A stretch of DNA of 64,000 nt from Candidatus Omnitrophota bacterium. Lineage in GTDB: Bacteria > Omnitrophota > Gorgyraeia > JAHJTE01. Both the position numbers and the translations under genes were made by a program. This document shows, piece after piece, positions 60,745 through 64,000 of this stretch (position 1 is the first letter of the stretch; every line of letters starts with the position of its first letter). Under the pieces are notes generated by a model. The model was given only the letters and a program-made list of their open reading frames with translations. It searched no databases and was not told the DNA's origin. The stretch covers positions 773,624 to 837,623 of the forward strand of contig JAHJTE010000001.1 in NCBI GenBank assembly GCA_018830005.1. The letters run 5' to 3'.

Positions 60745-62259
60745 ATGAAAAACCTTAAGGGAAATTACAGGATAAAGATGCTATCCATTGGCATAGTTGT
60801 TTATTTGTCATTGTTTTTATTTGTTCCGAAGATTTATTCGGACGATTTGCCTGCCTGGCAGAATATTATCTTTGAAGATGAAACACAAAAGATTTCAATG
60901 GATTTCAAGGAGGCAAATCTCAAAGATGTATTGAAGATATTCTCTCAGCAGGCAGAGCTTAATTTTATTGCAAGTTCTGCTATAGAAGATCGTAAAATCA
61001 CATTATATTTAAACAATGTTCCTGTAGATGAGGCATTGGATAAGCTTCTTAGAGCTAATAATTTAGGTTACGAGAGGGATAGCTATTCTGATATTTTTAT
61101 AGTAAGGGACAAAGGCGAGTCTGCAATAGAGACTGAAACCCGCGTATTTTATTTAAAATATGCTCGAGTTCCAAGTTCCCGCTTGAGCCGAGAGATTGAA
61201 AGTGCTGCTTCAGATACAGAGGATGCCTCAGGAGGAACATCGGCAAGCAATGAGTTCAATATCGTTGAGGCAATAAGAAGACTGCTTTCTCTTCACGGCA
61301 ATATTGTTGAGGATGCGCGGACAAACAGTCTGATTGTTACAGATATTCATTCAAGATTTGCAGTGATTGAAAACACTATTGCAAAACTTGACATTTCAAT
61401 TCCTCAGGTAGCGATTGAAGTTGAGATGCTGGATATTAATCAGAATGTTTTAGATGAATTAGGTGTTAAATTTGCCAATGCTGATCTTTTGAGCTTTACA
61501 GGACCTTCTGCGGAGACTGACTTTCTCTTTAATAAAAATCGCGCTAATGCCCCAACTAGTCAAGAAACGCATTTTGGCATCTTGAGCGCAGAGCGTTTAA
61601 TCCTTACTCTAGAATTATTAAAGACACGCACTGATACTAAATTTCTGGCTAGGCCTCGCCTGTTAACACTTTCCAATGAGACATCTGAGATAAAGATAAC
61701 CGCTGATGAGGCTATTGGCGTTACTACTGAGACAGCGGCAGCGGGTGGTACTACAGGTTCAATAACCGAGACTGCCGAAAGAGCAGAAACCGGTATTTCA
61801 TTGCGTGTTACGCCACAGGTAAATATTACAAGTGGCGAAATTATAATGCTTTTAGAGACAAAGGTTATTGAGGCAAAAACAGGGTCAATAACCCTTGGCG
61901 GAAATATATTAAAGGACCCGGAGGTTCGTGGCACTAAGTCCATAGTAATGGTTAACGATGGAGAGACTGTTGTAATCGGCGGATTGATTCGTACTACTGA
62001 TTCCCAGACAAAGAAGAGGGTTCCTTTTTTGGGGGATATTCCTTTTCTGGGAGCACTTTTTCGTCATCGAGAAGGTGATACAAAGAATCGCGAGCTGATT
62101 ATCTTTATTACGCCACGCGTTGTCAAAAGCGGCGGCGTTCCATTAATACAATCTGCCGGACGGTTTATTAACAATGAGCGTGAACAAGGGCCATTGGGTT
62201 CTTCCTCTGATGAGGTTGATAAGGCTCTTACAGAGTTTGAAGAACGTAATGATCTATGA
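60745..62259 (+). CDS. pilQ: Type IV pilus secretin PilQ (short form, 504 aa)
   Basis: Secretin C-terminal signature ..VPFLGDIPFLGALFRHREGDTKNRELIIFITPRVV.., with N0/secretin_N-like modules upstream. Confidence 0.85.
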   Translation: MKNLKGNYRIKMLSIGIVVYLSLFLFVPKIYSDDLPAWQNIIFEDETQKISMDFKEANLKDVLKIFSQQAELNFIASSAIEDRKITLYLNNVPVDEALDKLLRANNLGYERDSYSDIFIVRDKGESAIETETRVFYLKYARVPSSRLSREIESAASDTEDASGGTSASNEFNIVEAIRRLLSLHGNIVEDARTNSLIVTDIHSRFAVIENTIAKLDISIPQVAIEVEMLDINQNVLDELGVKFANADLLSFTGPSAETDFLFNKNRANAPTSQETHFGILSAERLILTLELLKTRTDTKFLARPRLLTLSNETSEIKITADEAIGVTTETAAAGGTTGSITETAERAETGISLRVTPQVNITSGEIIMLLETKVIEAKTGSITLGGNILKDPEVRGTKSIVMVNDGETVVIGGLIRTTDSQTKKRVPFLGDIPFLGALFRHREGDTKNRELIIFITPRVVKSGGVPLIQSAGRFINNEREQGPLGSSSDEVDKALTEFEERNDL

Positions 62260-62280
62260 TGTAATTTGAGGTGTGAGTAA

Positions 62281-63996
62281 ATGGCCAAGCCCAGATTAAG
62301 ATTAGGTGAACTGCTTGTAAAGGAAGGAATCATTACTAAAGAGCAGTTAATGAAAGCAGTGGATGAGCAGCGAAAGTACGGCGGCTCAAGAATTGGCGAG
62401 GTTTTAGTGCAGTTGGGCATGGTTAGTGAGCAGGACTTGATTGCTACGCTGGGCAAACAGCTGGGGATTTCCTATGTTACTTCCGGTACTGGCTTGTTGC
62501 GGCCGGCAATTAACCAGGGACTGGAAAGATTGATTTCCAAGGATTTTGCCATTAAGAATGTAGTGCTGCCTCTATCTAAAAATCTTAATTCCTTGACCTG
62601 CGCAATTTTCGATCCATTAGATTTAGTTTTATTAGATAACCTGCGTAAGATTACGGGGTGTGAAATAAATTCAGTTATTGCTACAAAGCCAGATATACTA
62701 AAAGCAATCGAGGAGTTTTATGGAAAGGTAGATCTACTTAAAGAGGCAGTAAAGGAATCCTATATAGATACAGGTCAGATTGATGAGGCAGATGCTGATT
62801 TGAATGAAGATGAGTTGAGTCTGGACACATTGATTGCCAAGGCAGAAGAGGCCCCTGTAGTAAAGTTAGTTGATTTGATAATCCGTCAGGCAATCGATGA
62901 ACGCGCCTCAGACATTCATATTGAACCCTACAAAGAGAGGATAAGTTTAAGATATAGAATAGATGGAGCGCTTTATGACATTCCGCCTCCAGCTAAACAT
63001 CTGCACCTTCCTATTATTTCCAGGATAAAAATTTTGGCTAAGATGGACATTGCAGAGAAACGCCTGCCACAGGACGGGGCTTTCATGGTACGCTCTGAAA
63101 AGCGCGCCATTGATTTAAGGATTTCTACTATACCTACAGTTTATGGCGAGAAGGTGGTTATTAGGCTACTTGATCGCAGTCAGCTTCCCTTGGAGCTGAC
63201 ACAGCTGGGCCTTGAGCAAAAACAATTAGAAATATTTCGCCAGGCTATAAGTTCGCCTCATGGAATGATTTTCCTGACTGGTCCTACAGGTAGCGGAAAA
63301 ACAACGACTTTATATGCTGCCCTAAGTGAGATAAATAGCCCTCATAAAAATATTATTACTGTTGAGGATCCGGTTGAATACCGTCTTGACGGTATAAGTC
63401 AAGTCCAGATAAAGCCCGAAATCGGTCTCACATTTGCTACTGCCCTACGTTCATTTTTACGTCAGGATCCTGATATAATGATGGTGGGAGAAGTAAGGGA
63501 TTTGGAGACTGGACGTATCTGTGTGCGTTCGGCATTGACAGGCCATCTTGTCCTAAGCACCCTGCATACAAACGATGCCCCTTCAGCAATTACGAGATTG
63601 GTTGATATCGGCGTAGAACCCTATCTTTTAATGCCAGCCTTGTTATTAGTTGTGGCCCAGAGGTTAGTGCGCAAATTATGCCCTGACTGCAAAGAGGCAT
63701 ATGAGCCGTCCGGGGAGAAGCTGGGAAATACTAAACTCAATGCTGATCTTATCTATAGGGCTAAGGGCTGCGAGAAATGTAATCAGATTGGCTATCGTGG
63801 CAGGGTTGGCGTCTATGAAGTTATGAGTATTAACGAAGAGATTTCTCATTTTGCCTTGGAAGGAGTAGAAACTGCAAAGATTAGGGAGGCATCAATAGCT
63901 AACGGCATGAATACGTTATGGGAAAATGGCCTGAAAAAAGTTGAAAAAGGCATTACAAGTCTGGAAGAGATAATGGCAGTGGTAGTTGAAGGATAA
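62281..63996 (+). CDS. pilB: Type IV pilus assembly ATPase PilB (GspE family) with N-terminal tandem MshEN-type motifs
   Basis: Walker A GPTGSGKTTT, Asp and His boxes, tetracysteine CPDC..CEKC. The N-terminal segments RLGELLVKEGIITKEQLMKAVDEQ and RIGEVLVQLGMVSEQDLIATLGKQ fit the 24-aa MshEN c-di-GMP-binding motif. Confidence 0.85.
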   Translation: MAKPRLRLGELLVKEGIITKEQLMKAVDEQRKYGGSRIGEVLVQLGMVSEQDLIATLGKQLGISYVTSGTGLLRPAINQGLERLISKDFAIKNVVLPLSKNLNSLTCAIFDPLDLVLLDNLRKITGCEINSVIATKPDILKAIEEFYGKVDLLKEAVKESYIDTGQIDEADADLNEDELSLDTLIAKAEEAPVVKLVDLIIRQAIDERASDIHIEPYKERISLRYRIDGALYDIPPPAKHLHLPIISRIKILAKMDIAEKRLPQDGAFMVRSEKRAIDLRISTIPTVYGEKVVIRLLDRSQLPLELTQLGLEQKQLEIFRQAISSPHGMIFLTGPTGSGKTTTLYAALSEINSPHKNIITVEDPVEYRLDGISQVQIKPEIGLTFATALRSFLRQDPDIMMVGEVRDLETGRICVRSALTGHLVLSTLHTNDAPSAITRLVDIGVEPYLLMPALLLVVAQRLVRKLCPDCKEAYEPSGEKLGNTKLNADLIYRAKGCEKCNQIGYRGRVGVYEVMSINEEISHFALEGVETAKIREASIANGMNTLWENGLKKVEKGITSLEEIMAVVVEG

Positions 63997-64000
63997 ACAA

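Overview
Across roughly 64 kb, the window holds a moderately AT-rich bacterial chromosomal segment. It is dominated by a single rRNA operon and a long, almost uninterrupted same-strand run of core biosynthetic and housekeeping genes. In order (all + strand unless noted):

(i) A partial minus-strand polytopic membrane protein with a C-terminal TPR region (1..2727).

(ii) A large secreted modular protein (3165..6389) whose central region has a clan-CD (gingipain/C25-like) His-Gly ... Ala-Cys signature. This is followed by three tandem InlB-B-repeat-like modules and two C-terminal dockerin-type Ca-binding repeats.

(iii) An rrn operon: 16S, tRNA-Ile(GAT), tRNA-Ala(TGC), 23S, 5S. It is abnormally long because of three intervening sequences: about 460 nt in 16S at the decoding-centre region, and two in 23S domain IV (helix 69 and position ~1931). 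The second 23S insertion encodes a single-motif LAGLIDADG homing endonuclease.

(iv) A PfkB-family kinase, a STAS-PilZ fusion, recG, rsmD and coaD.

(v) The classic yceD-rpmF-plsX-fabH-fabD-fabG-acpP-fabF cluster.

(vi) leuC-leuD-(small ORF)-leuB-asd-truA.

(vii) rplM-rpsI.

(viii) argCJBDFGH fused directly to lysA-dapF-dapA-dapB-(membrane ORF)-dapL, then folK-panC-nadX.

(ix) A highly basic small protein built from a tandem duplication.

(x) Two GT-C/GT39-like membrane proteins, then uvrA.

(xi) A TPR protein followed by an ExbB-ExbD-TonB-like trio, a Zn-ribbon membrane protein, a small wHTH protein and a PilX_N-like pseudopilin.

(xii) A type IV pilus assembly operon: HTH regulator, fused PilM/N, PilO, PilP, a short secretin PilQ, and a PilB ATPase with tandem MshEN (c-di-GMP-binding) motifs.

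I found no CRISPR, transposase or prophage signals.

The most unusual content is the intron-laden rRNA operon, the dockerin-bearing protease, and the Ton/Tol-like module placed next to the pilus operon.

The phylum cannot be assigned from sequence alone. A Gram-negative-type envelope is implied by the secretin and the ExbBD/TonB genes.
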